From Bacteroidota bacterium (GTDB lineage: Bacteria > Bacteroidota > Bacteroidia > AKYH767-A > JAHEYN01), in NCBI GenBank assembly GCA_947448795.1, contig CANFOZ010000005.1, forward strand, positions 1 through 61,879: a DNA stretch of 61,879 nt, written 5' to 3'. Below the pieces are notes generated by a model. It ran no database searches and had not been told where the DNA came from. It was given only the letters and a program-made list of their open reading frames with translations. Of the stretch, positions 30,185-40,955 are shown piece after piece (the first letter of the stretch is position 1; each line of letters begins with the position of its first letter). The position numbers were made by a program, and so were the translations under genes.

Positions 30185-32694
30185 ATGGAAAGAACTGGTT
30201 CCTAACTCTCCTTTGCCTACTACTGCAGATTAATGCTGGCCTTCGTGCTTCCAATACAGCGCGTTTATTGGATACAGCTTGGTCTTTTCGACAACAGGGA
30301 GCAGCAGCTTGGATGCCAGCACACGTGCCGGGAACGGTGCACACCGATCTGCTTAATAATAAGCTGATACAAGATCCTTTTTTGGGAATGTGTGAAGCCG
30401 ATTTGCAATGGATTGGCGATACAACTTGGGAGTATACAATGTCTTTTGATTGTAGCGATAATGAGCGAACGTCGCAGCATCAATCCTTGCTTTTTGAAGG
30501 ACTTGATACATATGCTAAAGTGTGGTTTAATGACAGCTTGATACTTGTTGCCGATAATATGTTTCGTGCATGGGAAGTGGGTGTGACAGGGCATTTGAAG
30601 TTGCATAACCAGTTGCGTGTGGTATTTGAGCCAGCATCGAAGCGTGGTAAGGATGAGGCAAGTAAGCTGTCCTACACGCTGTCAAAAGAAGAGCGAGTTT
30701 TTACCCGCAAGGCCCAATATCAATATGGATGGGATTGGGGACCAAAATACATCACCTGCGGTCTTTGGAAATCCGTTAAGTTGCTTACTTGGCAAGGCGC
30801 GCGCATGAATGCGGTTCAATTGCTACAAGATCATTTATCAGATAGTATAGCGCTACTTAATTTCGCATGTCATCTGGAATGCGAAACGGATGGATTGTAT
30901 TTTTTAAAAATACTGCCGAGTGATTCAAGCTTGGCGCCGATTGAGCAAGCATGCTTTCTGAAAAGCGGTTTGAATACGGTTGTTGTCCCGTATTCAATAA
31001 AAAACCCGGAGCGATGGTGGTGCAATGGTATGGGAGCGCAAAGGATGTATCGATTTCAAGTTCAGTTGAAGTATGCCGACGTTTTAAAAGATGAGCGCGA
31101 GCTTAGCATTGGCCTTCGGGAATTGGAGTTGGTGCGTGCACCAGACGCTATGGGCACTAGTTTTTATTTTAAGCTCAATGGCTTGCCTGTATTTATGAAA
31201 GGCGCCAATTGGGTTCCGGCAGATAATTTTGTGCCGCGTGTTGAGGATGATAAATATGCAGCTCTTTTGAAAGATGCTAAAGCAGCCAACATGAATATGC
31301 TTCGCGTATGGGGTGGAGGCGTTTACGAGCAGGATGTTTTTTATAATCTCTGCGATGAATATGGCTTGTTGGTATGGCAAGATTTTATGTTTGCCTGTGC
31401 CATGTATCCTGGTGATTCGGCATTTATGAGCAATGTGAAGCAAGAGCTCATGCAACATGTTATACGCTTGCGAAATCATCCTTCATTGGCTTTGTGGTGC
31501 GGCAACAACGAGATTGCAGAAGGGTGGAACAATTGGGGATGGCAGAAGGAATATGAATTGACTAGCACAGATTCAACAACGATTAATCGCGACTACGAGC
31601 ACCTGTTTAATGGATTGATTCCTGAGGTATTGACGGAGCTTGATCCAGCAAGGCCATACATCGCATCTTCACCTGAGCTAGGTTGGGGCAGGGCAGAGAG
31701 TATAAAGCGCGGCGATTCGCATTATTGGGGTGTGTGGTGGGGCATGGAGCCATTCGAAAACTACAAAGAGAAAACGGGACGCTTTGTGAGTGAATATGGA
31801 TTTCAAGGTATGCCAAACAAATCTACCTTGCAGCGCTGTTGTGGGGATAGTTTGCTATCTATGAATTCGGCGTGTTTGCAGGCCCATCAAAAGAACCCAC
31901 GGGGCTTTCAGACGATCGACGAATACATGCTCCGGGATTATCGAAAGCCGAAGGATTTTGCTCACTATGTTTATGTTTCACAGGTACTCCAGGCCTTTGG
32001 GATGCAGCAAGCCATAGTATCTCACCGACTCCGAACGCCCTACTGTATGGGATCTCTGGTGTGGCAGCTCAACGATTGTTGGCCGGTTACTTCGTGGAGT
32101 TTGATAGACTCCGATAGGCATCGCAAAGCGGCCTACTATTGTGTGAAGCGCAGTTTCGAAAAAGTCTTGATATCGAGCGTTGACAAGGGCGATGAAGTTT
32201 TGGTTTATGCCTTGCAAGATAGTCGACAGCAAATGGTGGGAGAGCTGACTATACAGCTGCTTGATTTTCGCGGCAAGAAGGAGCAGGTCGAATTTAAAAC
32301 CGTGCCTTTAATGCCTGGCGAAGTCCAATTAGTAGGCCGATTTTCTAGACAGCGGTATGCAGCGTTGTTCGCTGATTCAGCAAATCTTGTTCTGTCCGCC
32401 TCTTTTAATTGCGAGGGGAAAGAGTATACCTTTGCGCATTACTTTGCACGTCCCAGAGAGCTTAAACTCGAGAAGCCATCCATCACCATTAAATCCCTTG
32501 GCGCGAATGTTTTTGAGTTGCAAGCGGATCGACTTGCAAAGGATGTTTATGTTAGTGGAGAGTATGATTTTAGCTGTAGCGATAACTATTTCGATTTACT
32601 GCCAGGGGTGCCTCATCAGGTACGCATTGATTCACCAATTAAAATAGTTAAAACCCAGCTACACACCGTCTCCTTGTTTGATAGTTATCCATGA
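30181..32694 (+). CDS. GH2 beta-mannosidase
   Basis: RKAQYQYGWDWGP, MKGANWVP, NMLRVWGGG, WCGNNE, RFVSEYGFQ and WQLNDCWP motifs. Confidence 0.93.
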   Translation: MNGKNWFLTLLCLLLQINAGLRASNTARLLDTAWSFRQQGAAAWMPAHVPGTVHTDLLNNKLIQDPFLGMCEADLQWIGDTTWEYTMSFDCSDNERTSQHQSLLFEGLDTYAKVWFNDSLILVADNMFRAWEVGVTGHLKLHNQLRVVFEPASKRGKDEASKLSYTLSKEERVFTRKAQYQYGWDWGPKYITCGLWKSVKLLTWQGARMNAVQLLQDHLSDSIALLNFACHLECETDGLYFLKILPSDSSLAPIEQACFLKSGLNTVVVPYSIKNPERWWCNGMGAQRMYRFQVQLKYADVLKDERELSIGLRELELVRAPDAMGTSFYFKLNGLPVFMKGANWVPADNFVPRVEDDKYAALLKDAKAANMNMLRVWGGGVYEQDVFYNLCDEYGLLVWQDFMFACAMYPGDSAFMSNVKQELMQHVIRLRNHPSLALWCGNNEIAEGWNNWGWQKEYELTSTDSTTINRDYEHLFNGLIPEVLTELDPARPYIASSPELGWGRAESIKRGDSHYWGVWWGMEPFENYKEKTGRFVSEYGFQGMPNKSTLQRCCGDSLLSMNSACLQAHQKNPRGFQTIDEYMLRDYRKPKDFAHYVYVSQVLQAFGMQQAIVSHRLRTPYCMGSLVWQLNDCWPVTSWSLIDSDRHRKAAYYCVKRSFEKVLISSVDKGDEVLVYALQDSRQQMVGELTIQLLDFRGKKEQVEFKTVPLMPGEVQLVGRFSRQRYAALFADSANLVLSASFNCEGKEYTFAHYFARPRELKLEKPSITIKSLGANVFELQADRLAKDVYVSGEYDFSCSDNYFDLLPGVPHQVRIDSPIKIVKTQLHTVSLFDSYP

Positions 32695-35645
32695 TTTTAT
32701 TTAACGCAATTAGACCTATGATTAAAAAAAAATGTACGCCATTCGTCTTCTTTTTGTTGGCCCAATTTTGCTTTGCGCAAGCACCATCAACGTATGTTGA
32801 TCCATTTATTGGAACAGGTGGACATGGACACACCTTCCCAGGTGCAACGATGCCTTTTGGTATGGTGCAACTCTCGCCAGATACACGCGTTGATGGAAGT
32901 TGGGATGGATGCAGTGGTTATCATGAAAGCGACAGTTTGATATATGGATTTTCGCATACCCATTTGAGTGGAACAGGCTGCAGCGATTATGGCGACATAA
33001 TGTTGATGCCGATGATGGGCAACACGTCGTATGATCGGAATGTCTATGCCTCAAGGTATACGCACCGCAGCGAGAAGGCGGAGCCGGGCTACTATGCCGT
33101 TAAACTCGAAGACGACGATATCGATGCCTCTTTCACAAGCACCACGCGCGTTGGGTATCATCAATACATTTTCAATAAGCCGGGCAGGGTGAGTGTTATC
33201 TTGGATTTGAACCATCGCGATAAGTTGTTGGCTGGGGTAATAAAAGTAGTTAACGACCGCACCTATGAGGTCTATCGCTGCAGCGAGGCTTGGGCCAAGA
33301 GTCAGAAGTTATATGCTCGTATTACCTTTTCTAAAGCAGTCATCGAGACACGCAATCCTGCCGAAGGCGAGGTGCCGAAAAGTGCCGACCCTTGGAACAA
33401 GAGTATAAAAACGGCCTTTGTTTTCAATGTAAAAAAGGGAGACACCATTCAGGTTAAGGTTGCTATATCGCCAGCATCTATGAAAGGCGCAGCCTTGAAC
33501 ATGAAGGAGGAGCTGCCCTATTGGGATTTTGAGGCTATCCGCAAGGAAGCGCGCAAAGCGTGGGACAAAGAACTGGGCCGCATCGAGGTGCGGGACGATC
33601 GAACTGATCAGAAAAAGATTTTTTACACAGCGCTTTATCACTGCATGATACATCCGAGTATTGCCATGGATGTTGACAGTATGTATCGAGGGATGGACGA
33701 CCAGGTGCACAAGTCGATGGATCACATACACTACAGTGTTTTTTCGCTTTGGGACACCTTTCGCGCTTTGCATCCTTTGTTTAGCATGATTGATCAAAAA
33801 CGCACAGCTGATTTTATTAAAACATTTTTAGCCATGTACACAGAAGGTGGCAGGCTGCCTGTTTGGGAGCTTGGCTCGAATGAAACCGACTGCATGATTG
33901 GGTATCATTCGGTTTCGGTAATAGCCGATGCATACATGAAAGGGATTCGCGACTTCAATGCGCCGCTTGCTTTAGAGGCTATGAAGAAGAGCGCAACATG
34001 GAAGCATCTAGGCATACCTGTTTATATGACACAAGGGTATTTGGGCATGGACAACGAGTCGGAGTCGGTGTCGAAAACATTGGAATACAGTTACGACGAT
34101 TGGTGTATCGCCCAATTGGCACACATGCTTAACAAACGCGAAGATTATGTAACGTATTCGCGGCGTGCACAGAATTGGAAAAATATTTGTGATCGCGAAA
34201 GTGGTTTCATGCGTCCAAAAGAAAATGGTAACTGGATCAGCCCTTTTGACCCGCGCCGGGTGGATAACAATTATACCGAAGCCAATGCATGGCAGTATAG
34301 TTTTTTTGTGCCGCAAGATGTTAGCGGCCACATTGATTTTATGGGGGGATATGCACGCTATGAAAGCAAGCTCGATTCCTTGTTTTCAATCAGCAGCAAA
34401 ACTACAGGGCGCGAGCAGTCTGACATTACGGGATTGATTGGGCAGTATGCACATGGTAACGAACCGAGTCATCACATTGCGTATCTCTACAATTACATCG
34501 GCAAGGCTTGGAAGACGCAACAGCGTGTGCATCAGATACAATCTGAATTTTATAAAGCCACACCCGATGGGCTTATTGGAAATGAAGATTGCGGACAAAT
34601 GAGCGCATGGTATGTGATGAGTGCAATGGGCTTTTATGCGGTAACGCCTGGGCTGCCTGTATACAACATCGGCACGCCTGTTTTCAAGGAGGTTAATTTG
34701 CATTTGCAAAATGGCAACGAGTTGTTGATTCGTGCCAAAGATGTTAGCGATCGCAATTTTTATATTCAATCAGCAAGCCTTGGCAATGCAGATTATTCGA
34801 GAAGTTGGATTGAGCACAACGATGTGATGAAAGGAGGCTTGCTTGAGTTTCAAATGGGGTCGGCCGCACAGCCTTTGTGGGCCGCCGAAACATCCACTAT
34901 CCTTTCTACACCGCCCAGCGAATTCCCGGTGGTGCCTGTGCCCTTGATTATCACCGAAGGAAAAACGTTTAAAGACTCAACCCTAGTTAGCATGGCTCCT
35001 GGCTTTCCGGGATGCCGATTGTTTTACACTTTGGATGGAACAGCTCCTTCGGATACATCGCAAGAATACAAAGAGCCATTTAGTCTTGATAGCACCCGCA
35101 TGGTGCGCGCAGTAGCCATGAATGAGCAAGGCGCATTGAGCTCGCCGGTGAAGGCGCGCGTATACGAGCTGCCTCATCCGGATTGGAAAGTGAACATAAA
35201 ATCGACCTGTAACCCGTCTTATACGGCCGGAGGCGATGGAGGCATTATCGATGGATTACGCGGCACAACAAGTTGGCGGAAAGGCGACTGGCAAGGCTAT
35301 CAGGCGCAGGATTTCGAGGCTACCGTGGACATGGGGAAAGAGGTCATCGTCAATCAAGTGGGCGCTGGCTTTTTGCAAGACACACAAGCCTGGATTGTAT
35401 TTCCGACAAAGCTTGTTGTTGAGTTTTCATCCGATGGCTATACCTTCACGCAAGTAGCGGAGATACTCAATACGGTGCCTGACAAGGATTTGACAACACA
35501 GGTTAAGGATTTTGTGAAAGACCTTCCGAAATTGAAAGCACGGTATGTTCGGTTAAAAGCCAAAAACTACGGTGTTTTGCCTGCATGGCATCAAGGCGCT
35601 ACCGGCGACGCTTTTATTTTTATCGATGAGCTAATAATTCAGTAA
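32691..35645 (+). CDS. GH92 alpha-mannosidase with C-terminal FN3-associated and F5/8-like domains
   Basis: VDPFIGTGGHGHTFPGA, FSHTHLSGTG, SLWDTFR, QYAHGNEPSHH and GNEDCGQMSAWY; alternative start at 32718. Confidence 0.93.
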   Translation: MILFNAIRPMIKKKCTPFVFFLLAQFCFAQAPSTYVDPFIGTGGHGHTFPGATMPFGMVQLSPDTRVDGSWDGCSGYHESDSLIYGFSHTHLSGTGCSDYGDIMLMPMMGNTSYDRNVYASRYTHRSEKAEPGYYAVKLEDDDIDASFTSTTRVGYHQYIFNKPGRVSVILDLNHRDKLLAGVIKVVNDRTYEVYRCSEAWAKSQKLYARITFSKAVIETRNPAEGEVPKSADPWNKSIKTAFVFNVKKGDTIQVKVAISPASMKGAALNMKEELPYWDFEAIRKEARKAWDKELGRIEVRDDRTDQKKIFYTALYHCMIHPSIAMDVDSMYRGMDDQVHKSMDHIHYSVFSLWDTFRALHPLFSMIDQKRTADFIKTFLAMYTEGGRLPVWELGSNETDCMIGYHSVSVIADAYMKGIRDFNAPLALEAMKKSATWKHLGIPVYMTQGYLGMDNESESVSKTLEYSYDDWCIAQLAHMLNKREDYVTYSRRAQNWKNICDRESGFMRPKENGNWISPFDPRRVDNNYTEANAWQYSFFVPQDVSGHIDFMGGYARYESKLDSLFSISSKTTGREQSDITGLIGQYAHGNEPSHHIAYLYNYIGKAWKTQQRVHQIQSEFYKATPDGLIGNEDCGQMSAWYVMSAMGFYAVTPGLPVYNIGTPVFKEVNLHLQNGNELLIRAKDVSDRNFYIQSASLGNADYSRSWIEHNDVMKGGLLEFQMGSAAQPLWAAETSTILSTPPSEFPVVPVPLIITEGKTFKDSTLVSMAPGFPGCRLFYTLDGTAPSDTSQEYKEPFSLDSTRMVRAVAMNEQGALSSPVKARVYELPHPDWKVNIKSTCNPSYTAGGDGGIIDGLRGTTSWRKGDWQGYQAQDFEATVDMGKEVIVNQVGAGFLQDTQAWIVFPTKLVVEFSSDGYTFTQVAEILNTVPDKDLTTQVKDFVKDLPKLKARYVRLKAKNYGVLPAWHQGATGDAFIFIDELIIQ

Positions 35646-35664
35646 AATCTTCCATTCGGAAGCG

Positions 35665-35672
35665 TAACTTTG
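35665..35672 (+). promoter_or_regulatory. -7 promoter element (TAACTTTG) for gltX
   Basis: TAnnTTTG match 8 nt before the gltX ATG. Confidence 0.65.
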
Positions 35673-35680
35673 CACCCATT

Positions 35681-37225
35681 ATGGAAAGAAAAGTTAGAGT
35701 TCGTTTTGCCCCTAGTCCGACAGGTCCCTTGCACATGGGCGGTGTTCGTACCGCTTTATACAATTACCTATTCGCTAAAAAACACAATGGTGATTTCATT
35801 CTTCGAATAGAAGATACAGACCAGGCGCGATTTGTTCCGGGTGCCGAGGAATATATTATCCAAGCTTTGAAATGGTGCGGCATTACGCCAAACGAAGGCG
35901 TTGGGTTTGGTGATGGAGGCCATGCACCGTATCGTCAAAGTGAGCGCAAGCCGATGTATCGCCAGTATGTTGAGCAACTGATCAGCAGTGGCCATGCATA
36001 CTATGCTTTCGACAGCACAGAGGAGCTTGATGAGATGCGTTCTCGGATGGAAAAAGCAGGCAGCTCATTTGCCTACAATGCCATCATCCGACAGAGCATG
36101 AAAAACTCGCTGACCTTATCGGAAGACGAGGTGCAGCGCCGGCTTGCGGCCAATGAAAATTATGTTGTTCGTATCCAATTGCCGCGCAACGAAGAGGTTC
36201 GTGTGAAGGATATTATCAGGGGTTGGGTTGTTGTGAATACGGCTCAGATGGACGACAAAGTTTTGTTCAAAAGTGACGGTATGCCAACGTATCACATGGC
36301 CAATGTCGTGGATGATTACACCATGCAGATTACGCATGTAATTCGTGGCGAGGAATGGCTTCCATCGGCACCTCTGCATGTGTTGTTATATCGTTTTCTA
36401 GGCTGGGAATCGTCGATGCCTGAGTTTGCGCATCTCCCGCTGTTGCTTCGTCCGGATGGGAATGGCAAGCTAAGCAAACGCGATGGAGACCGACTCGGTT
36501 TCCCTGTATTTCCATTAAATTGGACGGATGCAAAAACGGGTGAACAATCGTCGGGTTATCTTGAGCGCGGCTATTTTTCAGACGCTTTTGTTAACATGCT
36601 TGCCTTGTTGGGATGGCACACTAGCGGGAATAGAGAGATTTTTAATATGGACGAATTGGTCCAAGAATTTTCGCTTGATCGTGTCAGTAAATCCGGCGCA
36701 AAGTTTGATCCAGAGAAAGCCAAGTGGTTTAACCAGCAATATCTAAGACTGCATTCCGACGAGGAGTTGGCAGATTTATTTGCGGCTTCATTGCAAGAAA
36801 AACATCCCGGAATAGTCAATTCTGTTAGTCGTGATTTTCTTGTCACAGCGTGTAAATTGATTAAAGAAAAGGCCAACTTCGTGCATGAGTTTTGGGAGCA
36901 GGGAAGCTATCTGTTCATCGCCCCCGAAATGTACGACCAGGAAGTCATAAAAAAACGCTTGAACGAGCGAAGCATGGCCTTTGTAGTGGCTATGAAAGAT
37001 GTCTTTTTGGGGCTTGCCGAATTCACAGCAGCAAGTACAGAATCGGCTTTTAAGCAGGTGGCCGAAGCGCAGGGTATCAAGACCGGTGAGGTGATGCAAC
37101 TTTTTAGAGTATGCTTAACCGGCGTAGCTGGTGGGCCTGCCTTATTTGAGATGTGTGCTTTGCTCGGCAAGGCCGAATCTGCAAACCGTTTGGAGCGCGC
37201 ATTAGCAACTATTAAAACGCAATAA
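35681..37225 (+). CDS. gltX: Glutamate--tRNA ligase
   Basis: RFAPSPTG-HMGG (HIGH), LRIEDTD, THVIRGEEW and KLSKR (KMSKS) motifs. Confidence 0.97.
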   Translation: MERKVRVRFAPSPTGPLHMGGVRTALYNYLFAKKHNGDFILRIEDTDQARFVPGAEEYIIQALKWCGITPNEGVGFGDGGHAPYRQSERKPMYRQYVEQLISSGHAYYAFDSTEELDEMRSRMEKAGSSFAYNAIIRQSMKNSLTLSEDEVQRRLAANENYVVRIQLPRNEEVRVKDIIRGWVVVNTAQMDDKVLFKSDGMPTYHMANVVDDYTMQITHVIRGEEWLPSAPLHVLLYRFLGWESSMPEFAHLPLLLRPDGNGKLSKRDGDRLGFPVFPLNWTDAKTGEQSSGYLERGYFSDAFVNMLALLGWHTSGNREIFNMDELVQEFSLDRVSKSGAKFDPEKAKWFNQQYLRLHSDEELADLFAASLQEKHPGIVNSVSRDFLVTACKLIKEKANFVHEFWEQGSYLFIAPEMYDQEVIKKRLNERSMAFVVAMKDVFLGLAEFTAASTESAFKQVAEAQGIKTGEVMQLFRVCLTGVAGGPALFEMCALLGKAESANRLERALATIKTQ

Positions 37226-37227
37226 AT

Positions 37228-37578
37228 ATGGGCAAGGTATTGGTGAATGGAATTAAGCTTTATGCGTATCATGGCTGCATGGAAGAGGAAGGCAAGGTGG
37301 GTCGCAGTTTTATCGTGGATGTGGTGCTAGATGCCGATTTCACCAAAGCAGAGCAAACGGATCGGATTACCGATGCAGTTAATTATGTTACTGTTTATGA
37401 AATCGTAAAACGCGAAATGGACATTCGTTCGCACCTCATTGAACATGTTGGGCGTCGCATCGTCAAGGCCTTGCAGCAGGAATTTCCGCAGGTAACAACG
37501 ATTGAAGTTAAAGTCACGAAACTAAATCCGCCCATCCACGGCAACGTTGATTCGACGGCGGTAATTATCACCAACTAA
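37228..37578 (+). CDS. folB: Dihydroneopterin aldolase
   Basis: YAYHGCMEEE, DAVNY, LIEHV and KLNPPI motifs. Confidence 0.93.
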   Translation: MGKVLVNGIKLYAYHGCMEEEGKVGRSFIVDVVLDADFTKAEQTDRITDAVNYVTVYEIVKREMDIRSHLIEHVGRRIVKALQQEFPQVTTIEVKVTKLNPPIHGNVDSTAVIITN

Positions 37579-37579
37579 C

Positions 37580-38335
37580 ATGACTAAAATTGCATTGATC
37601 ACAGGCGCCAGCTCTGGCATCGGCGCAGCCACTGCCCGTGCTTTAGCAAAATCGAATTATCGCCTTATACTTTGTGGTCGCCGTGCAGAGCGCTTGGATG
37701 CATTAGCAATGGAGCTAAGCGCCATCACCGAAACAACGACCTTGCTTTTTGATGTGCGTAAATCAAAGGATGTATTTGAACAAATCGGCAGTTTGCCGGA
37801 TGCTTGGAAAGCGATTGATGTGCTAGTGAATAGCGCCGGCAATGCGCATGGCTTGGCCACATTTCAAGAAGGCAATATCGACGATTGGGATGCGATGATC
37901 GACGGGAATGTAAAAGGCCTGCTCTATGTTTCAAGAGCAATTGTACCGGGCATGGTGGAGCGCAAAAGCGGCCACATCGTTAACCTGAGCTCTGTTGCAG
38001 GCAAGTATACCTATCCAGGCGGATTAGTATACTGCGCCTCCAAGAAGGCCGTAGAGGCCATTAGCGAAGGCATGCGTCTGGATTTAACGCAGCATGGCAT
38101 TCGGGTAACTAATGTAGCTCCAGGCGCTGTGGAGACCGAATTTTCACTCGTGCGATTCAAAGGCGATAGCGAACGGGCGAAAAAAACCTACGAAGGATAT
38201 ACGCCGCTTTATGCGGAAGATATCGCATCGGCAATTGCTTATGCGGTGACAGCGCCAGCGCATGTTAACCTGACTGACATGCTGATTTACCCGTCTGCAC
38301 AAGCGGCCCCGGGGATGATCTATAAGAAAGGTTAA
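37580..38335 (+). CDS. SDR oxidoreductase (YdfG-like)
   Basis: TGASSGIG, GRR, YCASK and PGAVETEFSLVRF motifs. Confidence 0.9.
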   Translation: MTKIALITGASSGIGAATARALAKSNYRLILCGRRAERLDALAMELSAITETTTLLFDVRKSKDVFEQIGSLPDAWKAIDVLVNSAGNAHGLATFQEGNIDDWDAMIDGNVKGLLYVSRAIVPGMVERKSGHIVNLSSVAGKYTYPGGLVYCASKKAVEAISEGMRLDLTQHGIRVTNVAPGAVETEFSLVRFKGDSERAKKTYEGYTPLYAEDIASAIAYAVTAPAHVNLTDMLIYPSAQAAPGMIYKKG

Positions 38336-38362
38336 TTTGCAAAACAGAATCCGGTTAGGAAT

Positions 38363-38977
38363 CTAGACTTGAATATACCCTGGCTTTTCAGCTAAGGAAT
38401 AGGAAAGCGCATCTTCGTTTTTTATTACTAGAAAGTGTTCTTTGGAAAAAGTTGAAACGCTCCAGCCAATCACTCCGCCAATAACTAGGCCTGCGATCAC
38501 ATCCGAAGGATAATGCACCCCTAGCGCTATACGCGAATAGCCGATAAGGAAAGCCCAAAAAAGCAAGCTTTTGACACGGCGTTGAGTTGGAAATAAAAGC
38601 ATCATGCTAATAGCTAGTGAGGCTACTTCAGATGAATGGCCCGAAGGGAAGGAGGGGCCGCCGCCATCAACGATTCTGTCAATTTCATTAAAGCAATAAC
38701 CTGGTCTTTCCCTATCAATAAGATGTTTGCATGCTTGGGTAATCAAGGTGTTGAGTGTAAAAACCGACACGAGAACTAAGAATTTAATCTTCCATGTTCG
38801 GGATTTATAGATCAACCCGATCACCAATACCGCTAGAATAATAGCTATACTGAAATAGGTACAGTAGGTGGAAATGAACTTTAAGAAAGGAAGACTGAAA
38901 GGCAGGTGATTATGATTCAGCCAATGCAACAACTGAAAATCCTGTGCTAATAAAAATTCACGATAAAGCGCCCTCAC
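38363..38977 (-). CDS. PAP2-family phosphatase (possible lipid-carrier phosphatase)
   Basis: KxxxxxxRP (KHLIDRERP), PSGH and SRxxxxxHxxxD (SRIALGVHYPSD) motifs. Confidence 0.88.
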   Translation of the reverse strand: MRALYREFLLAQDFQLLHWLNHNHLPFSLPFLKFISTYCTYFSIAIILAVLVIGLIYKSRTWKIKFLVLVSVFTLNTLITQACKHLIDRERPGYCFNEIDRIVDGGGPSFPSGHSSEVASLAISMMLLFPTQRRVKSLLFWAFLIGYSRIALGVHYPSDVIAGLVIGGVIGWSVSTFSKEHFLVIKNEDALSYSLAEKPGYIQV

Positions 38978-39118
38978 TTTCGTTTAGAATCGGTGTGTAT
39001 TAAATGAATACAGAACAATACTAGCGAATAGTTCATTGACTACCTAATTGGTAATAATTATTTCATATTCAATTAAAGAAAAAATAATCCGCTAACTAAT
39101 TCTTAGCGCATCTTTATA

Positions 39119-40468
39119 CTATGGCTTGTTCTCATACTTCGCCTGGTCGTAATCCGGGTGTTCCTGCAATTCATTGAAGTTTGCGGGCGCATGACGGTGT
39201 AAAAAAACCGCTTTGTAGGCCTTAAAAGTCATGCTGTCGTAGGTGATCAGCTGCTTGGTGTATTGTTCTGTTTGAAACAAAGAAAGCCATATTACTCCGA
39301 TGCCGATAATCCAGGATGTAAGTAGTGCACGAAATCCTTTTGCAAAAACTCGATCAATCAATGCCGCAAGCGGAAACGCCAATAAGGCATAGCTTTCGAT
39401 CAACGCACGCATGCCGTAGCTGCCGCCATACCACCAGCACCACCAACTAAGCACCACATAGATGCTCAAAGGAAGGTAGATAATCAGCGGGACAAGGAGC
39501 TCGCTTGCTTTTTTTCGCATAAACAAAAGCCCAGCGAAAGCAGCGAACATCAAAGGGGTGTATATGAACCATCCTTTGCGGAAACCGAAGAGTCCTTCAA
39601 CAATGTGCGGCGCGCCGAAAAAAAAGTGCTCTTGTTGATAGGAATAATAAAGGAATGAACCGGATATAAGTTTATAATAAGCTAGTTGGATACCATAGAT
39701 AAACAGCGCGGGAAGAAGAGCGAATAGCAGATGATAATTCTTGAACCACCTGCAAATACTTGTTTTGAGCTCCTGTATGTTTTTAACACCATAGAGCAAA
39801 GGGATCAACAAAACAAGGCAGTTTGGAAGACGCGTTAATGCAATGAGCCCAGCGGCGACACCAAGAGTCCAAGCACCTTTTCGGCTTGGCATGGCGAACC
39901 AACCAAGCGTTGCTTTTAACAGGAATACGAAAAGAAAAAAGCTGTACGCATGCGACATAAAGGGCTCGTAAAGCACGTAATAATGCAAGTTCGTGCCGAA
40001 TGCGATAAGCAGCAGTACCAAAGCCGTTGTACCATCACCGAATTTTTTTAAAAGGATGTTGCGCAACAAGCGCAAGCCACTATAGGCATAGAAAACGGTG
40101 GCTATGCAGAGCATCAAAGCATAAGGCGGCGAGAATCCATCGGCTTTCCAATTGCTAATTTTGGCGAATGCATGAGCAAGTAAAAAGAAGGGCGCCTGCA
40201 GCAAGGCAATACCTGCGCCCATTTTGGTGTGTTTTATACCAATAGGCGAGGTCGAATACCAAAGGTTGTCGTAGTAGGAAGGCTGCTTGGTATCAAGGAA
40301 GGCGAGCGTTAAATCATGCTTGATGAAGGTCATCGGGAGATAGGCATAATACGATAAACCATCTCCTTCGATAAACTTTTCACGCTTCCAGATGTCTGCT
40401 TTGAAAACTCCACAGAGCCAACTGATACCGATGATTAATAAAGCAATTCTAGAAAGCGGACCGCGCAT
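39119..40468 (-). CDS. Polytopic membrane protein, probable GT-C-fold glycosyltransferase
   Basis: DGLSYYAYLP in the first loop, many TM helices, KGWFIYTP and WWCWWYGGSYGMR motifs. Confidence 0.65.
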   Translation of the reverse strand: MRGPLSRIALLIIGISWLCGVFKADIWKREKFIEGDGLSYYAYLPMTFIKHDLTLAFLDTKQPSYYDNLWYSTSPIGIKHTKMGAGIALLQAPFFLLAHAFAKISNWKADGFSPPYALMLCIATVFYAYSGLRLLRNILLKKFGDGTTALVLLLIAFGTNLHYYVLYEPFMSHAYSFFLFVFLLKATLGWFAMPSRKGAWTLGVAAGLIALTRLPNCLVLLIPLLYGVKNIQELKTSICRWFKNYHLLFALLPALFIYGIQLAYYKLISGSFLYYSYQQEHFFFGAPHIVEGLFGFRKGWFIYTPLMFAAFAGLLFMRKKASELLVPLIIYLPLSIYVVLSWWCWWYGGSYGMRALIESYALLAFPLAALIDRVFAKGFRALLTSWIIGIGVIWLSLFQTEQYTKQLITYDSMTFKAYKAVFLHRHAPANFNELQEHPDYDQAKYENKP

Positions 40469-40955
40469 TATCTGTTGAATAGAGATAGGACTTTCGTTTT
40501 TAACTCGAGCGATAAATTACCCTAGCAGTAAAAGGATGCGATGGGTATAAATTTTAAAGCAGACATACGCTAGAATAAATTATAAAAGCCCAATTTAGTA
40601 TAGTAGATGACAAATAGGCATTAGTGGATGATGATGATTTTTTCTGTGCCGAGATGATGCTTTTATTGCTTTAATGAAAAGCCTTTGAGTGAACTATAAA
40701 CAGCCTCTTTTTGTATCTTAAAATGTTTTGCAAAGAACGGAATAATTATAGTCGACAACATGGATTTATATTTTTATTTAAAGTGAATTTAAACAGAACA
40801 TGAGGTGCTTTTCTGCTGTATTTATTCTTGAGCGAGTTTGACAATTTAGTGCAGAACAATATTTTTTGTAATTTCGAGGTATAAAATTTAGCTGGTTGTT
40901 TACACGATAACAATCTATTTCGGCAATCATCCTTTAAATTGAGCCTACCCATACG

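Noticed and set aside
40607-40674. Possible receiver-domain pseudogene fragment (ALVDDDDFFCAEM)
   Set aside because: Too short, and no downstream receiver motifs are recoverable; it could be a chance GAT repeat
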